A stretch of DNA of 64,000 bases, from NCBI RefSeq assembly GCF_001949145.1, contig NW_019091362.1, positions 2,301,838 to 2,365,837 on the forward strand, in the 5' to 3' direction. Position numbers and translations under genes: made by a program. The notes under the pieces were generated by a model, which made no database searches, was not told where the DNA came from, and saw only the letters and a program-made list of their open reading frames with translations. Of this stretch, positions 1-12,280 are shown piece by piece (the first letter of the stretch is position 1; each line of letters opens with the position of its first letter). Source of the DNA: Acanthaster planci. Lineage: Eukaryota.

Positions 1-1198
1 AAATTTACCATTTGCCATGTTGTATACAATGCTGCAAATACAAATGATGCTGTCTTGTTTCTTAATTTTGTTTATTCGTGTACAAACCAATTGCGTGTGA
101 TAAAAAGAGGACTGCATTTGAAATTTCATGTATTTGTCTCTAACATTTGTTCCCCAAATCCTGGTATAAACTCGTGTCCAAGTTTAGTTGAAAAATAACC
201 CAGCTTCTTTTTTTTTTGACTGGTCCAAGACAATTATTTGTGGTACAAACTTAACGAGAAGTCTATTCATCTGATGGCACTTTTTACCACAAAGGGGTTC
301 TGAGTCCATTGTCGTACTAGCATACTCAAAGAAATTTGTTGTCGTCAGCGTGCATAATGCATGGCAGTTCTCATAATCAGGCTGATTTACAGTGCTTTTT
401 CTTACTTAAAGTCTTTTTTACCCTGGTTTACATTGTGATATTTAGAGTAGACTGGCTCTCAAACTTAACGATACTGACTATTTCAAGAGAGCTTTAAGTC
501 CAGTAGCCACCATGGTCCTGTGTCTGAAACAAAAGGAATTCTTCCCATTTCCAAAATTTCCACAACTGGCCAACATTCTCCAAACCCATTACCGGTATGT
601 TGATATTCCGGAATTAGCAAGAATATCTGCAAAAATTGAGTGAGTATAATTGCTTCTCTTTGCAGTTTTCCCAACCCAATTCTGAAACAGTTCCTTGGTT
701 TTACTTGGATGTTCCTGTATATTCATCTGAATGACTTCTTCACGAGTTTGATTACAATGACTGTTGGCAAAAGTACGGACTTATGCATGCGGCATCTAAA
801 AATAGAAGGTACATGTACATCCTAGACATGACGTTACTCTTCATTTCGGGAGACAGTGTTTAATTTCTGTACATGTTACAGAAATGGCATACTTAGACCA
901 GTTGTTATCGCTTGACTTCTCAGTTGGGCAATGGAGGGCTCTCTTCAAATTGGACACAGAGCCAAATAGGCCGACAAACGTCAACTGGTTAGGCCATAGA
1001 GGAGGGCACAATCGAATAAACAAGAGACGATACTTTGCTTTCATTTCAGAGGCTTTTGAGAGGTGGAGAGCAATTTCACTCCATGTACATCTACATGTAT
1101 GGATACATTTGAGAAGATTTTCAGATAAGAGAGACTGTCCAGTTGTAGTATTTTTGAATTGGAAGAAATCTAGCTGTGCATGTGGCATGAGGGCCATA

Positions 1199-1365
1199 CG
1201 GCCGTTTCACAATAGTGCGCCACTAAGAGTTTGAAACGCATTGGCAAACACAACGCGCAGAATTTGTCCACCCATTGCACGTTTGGAAAGGGCCGACAAA
1301 TTTCGCACATTCTGATTGGCCAAAGCGTTGCAAACTCTTGGTGGCGCACTATTGTGAATCGCTGG
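1199..1365. mobile_element. TA-flanked hairpin MITE (Tc1/mariner-like)
   Basis: Arms ttcacaatagtgcgccactaagagtttgaaacgcattggc / gccaaagcgttgcaaactcttggtggcgcactattgtgaa, with TA on both sides. A solo arm occurs at ~44655-44682. Confidence 0.75.
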
Positions 1366-1885
1366 TATTATGTATGCTTTGTGTAGAGTGGAGTGGAAAG
1401 TCAGATTTCTCAACACTGGAGCACATCTGGATTTCTGCACATCAAAACTACGTCTGAAATTTTGATGTTTGCCTCCAAAAATGATGGCTACTAACTAGCC
1501 AGTTCAGCGTCTAATTTGTGCATGAAGTGGAAGTGAGAAATCCAGGCAGGAGTAATTCAACTTTGATAAGCTCCAAGTTAACTTCATTTTAATGTTTAAA
1601 CTCCAATGATTAAAAAAAAAAAATGCAGAGCGGCTGGAAGAATGCTTATAATGTGTACTGGCCTCAGCAAAATCCCGACAAGGTGACTTTACATTGCAGA
1701 GGTGGCAGTCACTAAAAAAACTACAGAGCAGGAATAAACGACAAGTGATCTCACTATTCAGCCCTGGCCATGCCGAACCCAACAGGATACAACAACGTTT
1801 TCTAGCTGTCATATGTTGGTTTCAGCAGGCTTCACACATTAAGGCTGTTGGATGTCGTTGAGCTCATCAGGGTTGCAGCACAATA

Positions 1886-2398
1886 GGCCAATTGTGCCCA
1901 GTAAGTCACGTGACCAGGATATTGAAAATCAACAAACATGATGCCCTCCCATAGGAGAGTATGTCAAAAGTGTCGTTTACCAAAAATAAAGCTGACGGTC
2001 GGTGTACTACTCAGACAACTGATGTGCTGAGTGCTGTACTTAAAATTGGCTTTATTTTTGGTAGACAACACTTAAAACGCACACTGCTATGAGAGGACGC
2101 CATGTTTGTTGATGTTTGAGACACACTGTCTGCCCTGAGCGAAAAAAAGAGGGCTTTATTTTTTGGTACTCACCACATAGGCGCGCATTTATGATGGAGA
2201 TCGATGGCGCATTTGACGCGGAGCACGCTGAGTACGCGTAACAAATTTATTCCTTAATGTATGGCCTTCGCGTACACGCAGAACGCATACAAGAACCCGC
2301 TGGGAAAACTTCCTACTATCTGTCTTTTCTTTTGCCGTTTGGGGGTGCACTTCAACTCGGGTCGTATAGGTCACGTGACTTAGCGGGCGCAATCGGTC
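1886..2398. mobile_element. TA-flanked MITE with ~30-bp TIRs and an internal ~190-bp hairpin
   Basis: TA-ggccaattgtgcccagtaagtcacgtgacc / ggtcacgtgacttagcgggcgcaatcggtc-TA. Internal inverted repeat at 1926-2117 (atcaacaaacatg / catgtttgttgat; taccaaaaataaagc / gctttatttttggta). Confidence 0.72.
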
Positions 2399-2715
2399 TA
2401 TTAGGGTTAGGGCTAGTGGAAAATAAAACTTCAACCATTAATTACCGCAAACGCTCCCTAGCATATAAACCTACTTCTAGCACTACTTTAGCCCAAACTT
2501 TCATGAAAATCATGCATGGTATATGTTGAATGTAAACAGAAGTCAGAATCAAAGAATAGATGGAACAATGGGCTGTAAAGGAAATTTTCCTGTTACCTCT
2601 GATGATCCTTTATTTTCAAGTCCTGGGAACTGATCCAAAACAGATAAGTACAGGTGCTTGTCATTTTTGTCGGGACCGACTTCTTAAAAAGCCAAGTTTA
2701 GGTTCAATTACAAAT

Positions 2716-2958
2716 TGTGACCCGCTCTGCGAAAATGAGTCCCATCATGTCATCAGAGCCACTTTGGAGTTAAGGGCCTTTGGAAGAATCTCGCACAGTG
2801 TTAAAGCAATAGGAATCCTCAACATTTTATAATCTACACAACATCCATGTTCATCATACCACACTGATGAGCACAGACCTCCAATTCCTCAATCTAATAC
2901 CAAGTCAAACTCAAAAGTGGCTCCAGCGACTTGTAACTCATTTTTACAGAGCGTTACA
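2716..2958. mobile_element. TIR MITE (tgtgacccgctctgcgaaaatgagt family); second, more decayed copy at ~4777-5020
   Basis: Inverted ends cgctctgcgaaaatgagt / actcatttttacagagcg. Internal similarity to 4777-5020. Confidence 0.65.
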
Positions 2959-3253
2959 ACTACACAAATGATACCGTAATAGAAGATTTTTGGATCTTTT
3001 TTGGCGTTATTCAATGTTTGTATCAATTATTTTTACTGTCTTTGGTTTTGCATGTACAATACATTTTTTACTGTCCTCCATTTTACTGTACTGACGTTTT
3101 TCACTCTGAATCCCCGATTTTCCTTTTAAAATCTGCAGCAACTTCTGCCATCATGAACACTCCTCCCCCTTTACTAAACAACTCTTTAAATATCGATTTC
3201 CACAATTGAAAACAGCCGCCATAGGAATCAGTTGATGTGCAAAATCAGTTCAT

Positions 3254-3490
3254 GGGTCATTCCATGAGGTTGGGGCACAATTTGTCAGATGCCAGTTGTT
3301 ACATGGGTTCCCTAAAAATGAACAGCTAGTTCCCTGTATGTCGATTCCAAATTGACATTGCTACACATCTTGCAAGGCTGAATAGGTGTGTGCTTTTTCA
3401 CAGAGCAAATGGCCTACTCTACTGGTCATGACATTTAATAAAATTACCCATGTAACAAGGACACCGTCACAAATTGGAATGGAATGACTC
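3254..3490. mobile_element. Hairpin MITE with GGGTCATTCC ends
   Basis: gggtcattcca / tggaatgactc and ttgttacatgggt / acccatgtaacaa inverted pairs. Confidence 0.6.
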
Positions 3491-3952
3491 TCATTCATAT
3501 TTCATTGTTTGAATGTTAAGGGCTTTTTTCTTTTGGTTTCCAGTGTCTTCCACTTACATTACTGGTATGACCCTTTCTTATCAAGCCGCATGTACATGAA
3601 GCATAAGGAGTGGATCTTCAATGCAAGACATAGTGTTGAGGATCTCATCTGGTTCCAAAATCCACACGCTGACCATAAGCAGATGAGTACACTGTGAAGG
3701 TATTTGCATATACGTGTCAACCGCTGGTTGTCTGTGAACGGTACCTGATTAAAGGCATTGGCACTTCACTCAGATTCCGCTCCACAATTTGGGAAAGCCC
3801 CTCACTAGGTAACAATCCCAGTTCTTTACCACAACTGCATTTTTTGGCAGTTTGTGTTTCTCAAGGCCCAAATGTCTCCTAAAACAGGTAAAAAAAACAG
3901 ATGAAAGGCAGTATATGCACAAGGGTACTTGGCAGAAATCCCTGCGCCTTAC

Positions 3953-4074
3953 CTTCCACATGTAAGACATCTTGCCATAGACGAGAGCTTTGTTGTCACG
4001 AGTCCCCGGTACAGCCGTCTCGTACCTGTTGCTCTCCACTACGAACCCCATAAAGGAATTGTCTGGCGTGTGAG
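3953..4074 (-). CDS. MGAT5: MGAT5 coding exon 9 (last exon recognised; gene continues beyond the left edge)
   Basis: tgcag|CT CAC gives PHTPDNSFMGFVVE...NKALVYGKMSYMWK (vertebrate PHTPDNSFLGFVVE...LVYGK). Donor AAG|GTAAGG. No later exon found in 1-3952. Confidence 0.95.
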
Positions 4075-4379
4075 CTGCAAATAACCAAGGGGCAACGGTC
4101 ATTGACACTTTGAGAAGTATCTAGAGTTTACATATTTAAACACTGGTTTAAAGATCTTACCACTGGTTTAGCCATATATGTTTGTGTACTAGTATTTAAA
4201 CACTGGTTTACAGAACTAACCACTAATATAAACATTGGTTTACACGCCTAACCTCTGCTTTAGATACTCACAGTTTATACACTTAAAAAATGGTTTTGAC
4301 AAGTAACAAATGGTTTAGACACATACACACTTAAGTGCCAGACTAAAACAAAAAGAGTCAAGAGTGAGAAGGAACTCAC

Positions 4380-4513
4380 GAAACATAGTAAAGAACTGCT
4401 TGGGGAGGAGTTCCCAGCCTCCCCAGTCCGTCTTACGACCTGTCCTCTTGGAGTAGCTACGGATGTTGTAGGCCGGCTCTGTACCAAAGGAATCAATCAC
4501 TCGCAGCATGCAG
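4380..4513 (-). CDS. MGAT5: MGAT5 coding exon 8
   Basis: ttccag|C TGC ATG gives CMLRVIDSFGTEPAYN...WGGWELLPKQFFTMF (vertebrate CMLRVLDSFGTEPEFN). Donor C|GTGAGT. Confidence 0.96.
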
Positions 4514-5296
4514 CTGGAAATATGAAAAGAGAATTACATGTGGGTAAATAATACTTATTATGTATGAATTTTATTCAGTGCAAATTCAAGACAATGACAA
4601 GGTAATGTTCAAATGGGCTGTACAATAAAGACACTAAACTACATGTTCAATGTGCTCAAGTGGAAGGCATGAAAAAGTAACTCAAATTTATCTCAAACAG
4701 GCAAAAAACACAACACAATACTTAAAAGAATGAAATCAGCCGACAACCAGTCTAGGCAAGTACATCCCACAATAGTTGTACAAATGAGTCATCAGTCACC
4801 AGGGCAACTTTTGAGTTAAAGGCCATTGAAAGAATCCTGCCCAATGTACATGTAAATCAATATGAGCTCTCAGTATCTGTCACCCGTATAATGCCAATTG
4901 TTATAAGGACGACAAACTGAGTGAAAGAGTTCAGTTTGCCAACTTTGCTCTTTCCAATACAAATTCTAACTCAGAAGTGGTTTTGGCAACTTCTAACTCA
5001 CTTTTACAGAGCAGATCACATTTGGCTGGTACCCTGCTCCTGTTGAAAACAATAAAGTATCTGTGGGGCTCTGGACGAAAGCCTCCCTTGGCCAATTTCG
5101 CACGGCTCCCCGAAGGAAAACAAGCTTAGCAGATTTATGTGCCAAGCAAAAATCAGAGGAGAACCAGTCAAGAGCAATTTATGAAACATAAAATGCTCAA
5201 TGGTAACATGCTTTCACTTAGCAAATGATTTTCTTTTCTCAGCAAATTTGCCCGTTGGATGAGCAAGCCCTGTCAACACGGCCCCCCTTGGCTTAC

Positions 5297-5431
5297 TTGA
5301 GCTGCTTCCAGAGAGGTCCAGCGGCCTTCTTGAATTGTTTCAAGCCCACAATGTCGATGTACACCAGGTCAAAGGGCCGCTCACCTCCAATCGGACAACT
5401 CTGACTAATGACCCCCTTTCCTTTCAGAAAA
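5297..5431 (-). CDS. MGAT5: MGAT5 coding exon 7
   Basis: tgcag|T TTT CTG gives FLKGKGVISQSCPIGGERPFDLVYIDIVGLKQFKKAAGPLWKQL (vertebrate ELIYIDIVGLAQFKK). Donor AA|GTAAGC, phase 2 to 2. Confidence 0.95.
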
Positions 5432-6333
5432 CTGCATATGTGCCCAGTCAGGAAAAAAACAACAGATTCTCACATAATAGTGTACGACTGAGGAAGAGAA
5501 AACTCCTCCAACTTTAATATGTAAACATTCACTGACAGAGGAAAAGGCCTTCATGTTTGTGTTTGCCTTGAAATGACTATTCAGATTGGTCAACTTCTCT
5601 TCAGCTGAACTATATAAACCTCAATGCAAATACCTTGTGAATCATGAACGTGCGACTTGGTTCATTTTATACAGATTCAAAATCTTACTAAATCCATTCA
5701 AAAAAGTACGGCATTGGTAATTTGTGTCACTCGGTGAGTCAATTTTGCTGGAATAGCATGGTTCACATCAGGAAGTAAAATACAAACACATGTACATGTA
5801 GGAAAATTACTAAGCTTGTACTTAGAAAACTGTGCTGAATAGAAAGGCTGCATTCATACATGTACATGTACATTATGATTCACTTAGACCCAAACTTCAC
5901 TTGAGATACTGTACATGTGCTCTGTACTTTCTGTGAGTATGAAATGGGGATAAACTCAAAAGTTTTGTATTCAGCTTCAGTTCATCGATGTTTAAGTCTG
6001 CATCACATGTTCTCCTATTAAAGTATGTTAGCTGGTATCTAATGACAGGAAGTCTGAATACAAACCCTTAAATCATTCAGTCTCAAATTACTCATAAATC
6101 AAATGAAGAGCCAAAAAGGCCCTTTCTGTGTCACTGTACCCTTTCAGTCGTGACTGACTTTTGATTGACATGAGATTTGGCATGGGGTACATTTGACCGC
6201 AACTCTACGATTCATATGGGTTTTCACTGTGCTCAAACAAGCTGTACTTTTCAAAGATAAGCTCTTCTTCAGCCTGTATTTAGTGCTTGATCATTTCTGT
6301 CGTGTGTTAACGGAACAACTGTTCAAATGTTAC

Positions 6334-6503
6334 CTTTTCAGTGATGAGTACATCACGGACACCTCCAGGTTGTGTCCTAGGATGTAAAGCGACGCTAAAA
6401 TGTCACTCCACTGGACAAGCTCACCCAGGGGGCCCCCAGAGAAGGCATTCTCGGCAATCTTGAACCCCGACTCTTTGGTCAGTAATCCCATGTGAACCAA
6501 GAT
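6334..6503 (-). CDS. MGAT5: MGAT5 coding exon 6 (catalytic GT18 domain)
   Basis: Not in the ORF track. ggccag|ATC TTG gives ILVHMGLLTKESGFKIAENAFSGGPLGELVQWSDILASLYILGH, containing the hallmark GGPLGELVQWSD motif. Donor AG|GTAACA, 170 nt. Confidence 0.97.
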
Positions 6504-6617
6504 CTGGCCAGAGAATGGGTGAAATAGAATAAGTACAAAGATAATGCACAGGGGGGAGGGGTTAAGACGACTAAAAACAGAGTTCCATGGACACAGAAGG
6601 GGCGGGTGTTATTGCAG

Positions 6618-6663
6618 TTGAAACTTGAAACTTGAAAGTTGAAACTTCAAGAAACTTGAAACA
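6618..6663. repeat. 7-bp tandem repeat (gaaactt) x6
   Basis: Direct reading. Confidence 0.85.
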
Positions 6664-9520
6664 TCAGTGGAATCTCGGGAGCTAGCCCCTTTCATTTTCA
6701 ATCATTACAACACAGACGCAAAGAAGAGGAATAAACTTGGAGAAAACTGTCTCAAGATGTTAACTTGATTTTAGTTTACCCTCCCCAGAACAGTAGCAGC
6801 AGGATGCGTGATGACAGGAAATTATCAAGTTATCCACCACCAACACAAACCATTTCCCACGGACTGTCTGTCACCTCTCAATCACTTTGTCTGAGTTTTG
6901 GAAATCTTTCCTTGAAATGCTCCTGCCGGGCAGTGACACAAACGTTGTACACCAGACCTCATGTTCCTTTGGCACATGCCCTTGAATGTGCGTGGGTAGA
7001 TTTGCACGGAAGCAATGAATAAATCACAATGTTAATTTTGTGAAAAGCTTCAGTGAAGCCCCAAGGGCATGGGCATCTACATCAATATGTAAAACTTAGG
7101 ATGCGGGCAACATGATGAGACTCCTACGCATGATTTGATAATAAAAACAGTAAGTAGGTTTGAGACTTTGATCAACAAGTATCTGTCGTGAAAACATCCC
7201 TCGAGAACCCAACACTACCGGTAGATTATCCGGCCTCCACGCAAAACTGCCATGATCCTTCCGACTTTGCCAAGGGGTTTCAGGAGATTTTGCAGATGAA
7301 AGTGCACGTGTTCAATGAACAGTGTACTTTTGAAAGTTTTACTGGAGAGGACAGCCAATGAGGCTCCTGCCTGATGGTGGATTTTGAAGGATTGCGGAGG
7401 GATCCCAGAAAAAAATTCTTAGCATATGGGCTGTGTGGGTTTTATAACCAAGTCGACTCTCATTCGGGGTCTTGGCAATTGATTCCTCTTGTCTGTGTAT
7501 TTTAATCAGAACATGAAGTCACGTCCATGAGTTTCGTATTTGAATACATGTTGTTCATCTGCATCCAACTTACAAATGTGTGAGAAGCAAGTGCCATGTT
7601 TTTTGCTAGCATTTGTACGAAGTTGTTCTCTCCTCTTTTAACCTTTCATCATCTAGCTGTCCCAGTTTCATAAAAGTGCAAGGAAGAATACCTTAATTGG
7701 CAAATTTATGCTCACAGCAGTTAAGATGGTGACCTTTTTTGTGCTAAAGCAATTGATTACTTTCTGTCATTCAATTTCTTCAGAAATTAATTCTTAAAAG
7801 TTCCTCCGTAATAGATCTCTGCTTTTTTCAGCATCATGATTGTTTGAGTCTTCAATGTCAGCTCTTAATTGCATATAGATCAAAGCAGGCAAAATGCTCA
7901 CAGCAGGACAATAACAAATACTGACAGCTTTTGACAGGACCATTTTTTTTCTGGTTTTCTGAAAATCTCGTGTACTGGCTGTGTAAATATGATACACCCC
8001 CAAATTTGCTTTTTACCCCCCATCCCTTCTTTGTTAGTCTCCTACATTCCTATTCATCTCCATTTCTCTTGCTAAGATAGAATTTTCTATCAAAATCTGA
8101 ACACAGACCAAACTCACAATTTGTATGGATGTACATCTCATTAATGTTTACATTATTAATGCTTATTTGACCAGTCGTAGGCGAAGAGAACCCCGACGGA
8201 AATTTTCGCTTTCCAAATATCATTATTAATTCAACTATTGGTTGCAAGAATAAAAGTGGTAAGGTCTTGAATTATCTAGTGGAAATGCGCAAAGGTCATA
8301 ACTGAAAAAAAAAAATGACGCAGATACTAACAGATGGCTGTATACTGTGCTTGTGTTTTGTGCTGTGTGGCGTGTTAAATTTTCTGTTGTGTTGCATTGT
8401 GTTTTTCATTGCGTTGTGGAGGTCTGGGGCTTAGGTTTGGTTTAATATAACAGAGCATTCAAATCTACAATCCTTTGTGTAATGAGAAACATAAAAAAAA
8501 ACACTTCACACTTGGATTAAAAAGACCCTAGCCCCCCCCTCCAAAAAAAAACCTTTTTGAAAACTTCATGATGAAAACACCACTTACAGATTTTTGGCAA
8601 AGTTTTTACTTTCCCAAAATGTTAGGATAGAAACAAGTAAGTTCTTTATTCTTCTTTGTGGTTGGGTTGATTTCATTCCTAAGAGAAACATTCACCCCCA
8701 AATTCTGTGAAATAGCATTTCACAAAGCTATCAATCCGTCTTGAGCAGAAGTGCCCTTTCATCAGATAAAAAGAGCCATGTTGGTCGGGAGTGTTCAGTT
8801 TGCTGGTTGCAACGCGACCATAACGCATGCATTTGACAGTCGTTTGTGAACCAACGAAGCGCAGTTCTGACCAAAGGGGTCTCTGTTGATGGGAAAATGG
8901 CATTCTCTCTTGGTCCAGCTCGGGGCTCATGAGCACCCGCCACTTGTTCCAATTACGGAACTGCACTGAAGAAAATTTTAAAAATGCAGGTACCTTAAAA
9001 TTACAGTCATTTTTGTTTGACACATTTTCCGCATGGTCAGTGCAAAAACCCACCCACCAATCAGGTGCTATTCTTGCATATGGAGAAGTGCTCTGGTGTA
9101 ATTGCATTCAATTGTTGGCAAAAAGGCAAGAAAAAGATGCATTGTTGATCAACAGGAGTTGGTCAGTGTAGACGAATCCGTTGACCACATGCGGCCCCAG
9201 CAATGGCAGTGAGCAAATAACTACTGCACAAAGCCCACAGGTGAAGCTTACCTAAAAGGTGACCATCGGGAATGTCCCGACAGAAACGGGACTGAATTCA
9301 TCTATACACGCTGTGGACAAATATTTCTTTGAAAAAAGAAGCCCATCATAATGCTCCTCCAATTAAGACTGAAACATAGGAGAACAATTATTGCTCAGAT
9401 GTGGTTGTTCATTAATGCTCAGACTTACATAAAGCTGATGATAAAGACTCAAAAGTCAGTATTAGGGGACCCACGAGTAGAAAGGTGAAATTTAGAAGCA
9501 AAAACCGATACCGTACATGT

Positions 9521-9773
9521 GGGTCATTCTATAAATTTGAGCTCTAATTTTTTTCCTGTCCCTGTTACGTATGGCGTATGATTTTTGAATGTTTAGAACT
9601 CATTAATTCCAAGACTGAATAAGTACTGCAAATTGACCGGCCGAACAAATAATAATAGTTTGAAATCAATTTCAGTGATACATCCCTTGTCAAAAATGTC
9701 AGATGGTATACATGGCAGAGGTAACAGGGACAGAAAAATGTCACCCTTTGGACCCCAAACTTATAGAATGACC
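9521..9773 (+). mobile_element. GGGTCATTC-ended MITE
   Basis: TIRs ggtcattctataa / ttatagaatgacc, subterminal tgtccctgttac / gtaacagggaca. Reverse-complement homologue at 12038-12280. Confidence 0.75.
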
Positions 9774-10816
9774 AATTTACACAACCCTGGGAGATGACAA
9801 TTACCAGTAGACAACAAACTCGTAAGGGCCAAAGGGATAGCCTCACGCACACAGAACTTGTTAAGAAAGTCATGGCAAAGCCGGAAAAAAGCCCCATAAC
9901 CAGAATTTGAAGAGTTGAAAGGGACTGAGGAGAATATCTAACCGGTGGTTAGTATACCAACTGAACCCAACAAAGGCTCTTATCATTTCCTTTTAGTGAC
10001 GCTGAAGCCCATGGAGATGATTCAACTCGGACAGCTCGGCAATTCATGCATTGGTAACCAATGCAACTGCATTGTAGTCACGTACTAAAAACAGTTGCCA
10101 CGACACAGTGGTATTCAATAGTTGTGAGGGCTAGAAGACACCTACGGAGCAATATAAATGCCATTAAGAAAAGGACAGATGTTTCTTTATACTGATATAG
10201 AAACAACTATCCGGTAGAGACCGACTGGCCGTTCGAAGTAATGAGCGATGAATAAGAGCTTCACAAGGTTAATTTGGCCAGAAAACATTCAGTATTACAA
10301 GGTCAACGAGAAGCCCCAACACTCATCAATGCAAATATCGACAAGAACAGCACTGCTAGGAGAGAGTAGCTCTTATTGAACATGATTAGGCAGTTCTGGA
10401 CAACAAGACGCACTTTTCACGAAATGTTTTGGATTTGAAAGATGGCTCACCAAGTGATTGATTTTGTTAAAATGTGTCCTTTTTACAAAAAGTGCCTTAA
10501 GATTGGGTGTTTCCTCTGAAACTTGATTTGATAGTGACTAATGTACAAGATGTCAATTTATTTTTACCATTGAAGGTTTTATAACTGTGCATGTTTTACA
10601 TGCAAGTAAGCTGAGAAGAATGTGGTACCTCGCCCCTTCGAATGATATACATGTATACCGGTACATGTATGGACTGCAGTTTCCAAGGCACCAGCCTGAG
10701 TGTAACCAGCCCCTATTTAGAGTATATAGTACTATACTATTCAGCACCAAAAGTGCCAAATCAGGAATAATTCTCCAATTTCTAGTACAGAATCTCAACA
10801 AATGGTAGGGGGTTAA

Positions 10817-11403
10817 CCACTTCCTGCCGGGGCAGTTATCAATGTTGATGATGCTGGGCCGGGATATTTATCATTTTTTTCTGTTTTAAAAATTCTTTAA
10901 AAATTTGTATCTTCCTTTACTGGACACTTACAAACACATGAAGGACTGTTTGGTGGCCCCTCTAGCCTGACAGACAAAATTTATTGACGCCTGAGTATTT
11001 CAGCCAGGCCTGCAGCCTTGTAAAAAGAGCCCAGATTGTGCGGTGTTATGTAACTTTCTTTTGTTCACGAACCTTGCTCAGTGCACTGCTGACCTCCATT
11101 CAATAGGGGCCAGATTAGCATGCAGTGGTGCTGTGTGGCTCATCGCTGCGGTGGTAAAGCGCTTTTGTCCCCGGCGGTAATCCGCTTGCTCTAAATGGCC
11201 AAAACCTTGGTATACTGTTTCAAAACAAGGCTGGATTATCTCCACTTTTGAGAGGGAAAATGTCGGCAATTCCCAGCAGCCTGGTCTTTTGTTCCAAGTA
11301 CTGTCTTTTGTTACAAGGTCCTGTTCCCTTTGTCCGAGTTCATAGACCCCGGCCACGCATTTAAAGCATACATGTCCGGATCCGGAATCCCCAGCAGGAG
11401 TGG
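10817..11403 (+). mobile_element. piggyBac-type non-autonomous MITE, family 1 subfamily A, full length
   Basis: TTAA at 10813-16 and 11404-07. TIRs CCACTTCCTGCCGGGG / CCCCAGCAGGAGTGG. Internal sequence shared with five other copies in the window. Confidence 0.88.
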
Positions 11404-12037
11404 TTAAGTACATTTAATTCCAAGGGTTGAAAGAAACAAGATTCAAAGGTCAAATGCCTTATTTCCAGCTGTAAAGCAGCACATCATTGTTCCAGCAGAA
11501 ACAAAAATTAGAAAGAAGCAAGACGTCAGATGAAGCCTCCCGCAGTAGACAAGTTTTGCCCGAAAAATTATGCATTTGCAGCTCAGTACATTTATCACCA
11601 AGGATGGGTTTAACTCCAGCTGGACAACCATACTGTATGTACATGAAAAAAATGCAGTGCATACCTGATGCTGTCAATGTCCGCCAATGGTGTATCGGTA
11701 CATGTATTTAAGATATGATTGCAATAGCAAACAAGTGGTAAAAATTGTCAAAAGGGTCACACACTATTTGGTTTCAGCAAGAAAAGAATATTTTACCAAG
11801 TTGGTGCCTGGCAACATTATACAAAGACACAAAGCAAACAACAAAAGCAGCTTGTACTTGTGTGGAGCAATTAACTTTCTTATATATGTACAAGCTTTCT
11901 TGAAAATTGCAATGGCAGTCTGACTAGCTTCTTTTTTTCTTTTTTTTCCCTTTTGCAGCATCGAAATCCTTGCTGGATCTTTTAAGCAGAGCAAAACATG
12001 ACTACAACAAATTGTTTAATGGCTTGATTTCAACTAA

Positions 12038-12280
12038 GGGTAATTCCAGAAATTAAGGGTCCAAAAGTGTGACATTTTTGTGTCCCTATTACAGCTGATC
12101 TTTGTTATTTGACAAGGAAATGTCACTGGAATTGATTTCAAACTATTACAGTTTGTTGGACAGGTAATTTGCATTAATTCATCACTCTTGGAAATTAGAC
12201 AATGAGTTCTGAACTTAAAAAATCATGTCAGACGTAACAGGGACACCAAGAAAATGGACCCCCAATTTCTGGAATGACCC
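12038..12280 (-). mobile_element. GGGTCATTC-ended MITE, inverted copy of 9521-9773
   Basis: TIRs gggtaattccagaaatt / aatttctggaatgaccc. Internal gatttcaaactatta is the reverse complement of taatagtttgaaatc in the 9521 copy. Confidence 0.75.

Noticed and set aside
1040..1140. Minus-strand peptide DSLSYLKIFSNVSIHVDVHG, resembling the next MGAT5 exon (YLDIIHTYMEVHATV)
   Set aside because: No in-phase AG acceptor, a stop follows soon after, and the conserved NHG motif is absent. The real exon is probably left of the window.
11078..11413. Similar 111-116 aa ORFs at 11078-11413 and 61993-62343 (LSKVEIIQPCFETVYQG...HANL), with fragments at 59436-59809
   Set aside because: They are the same MITE sequence read in different copies. 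Their N-terminal halves are in different frames, other copies are interrupted, and there is no transposase-like motif.
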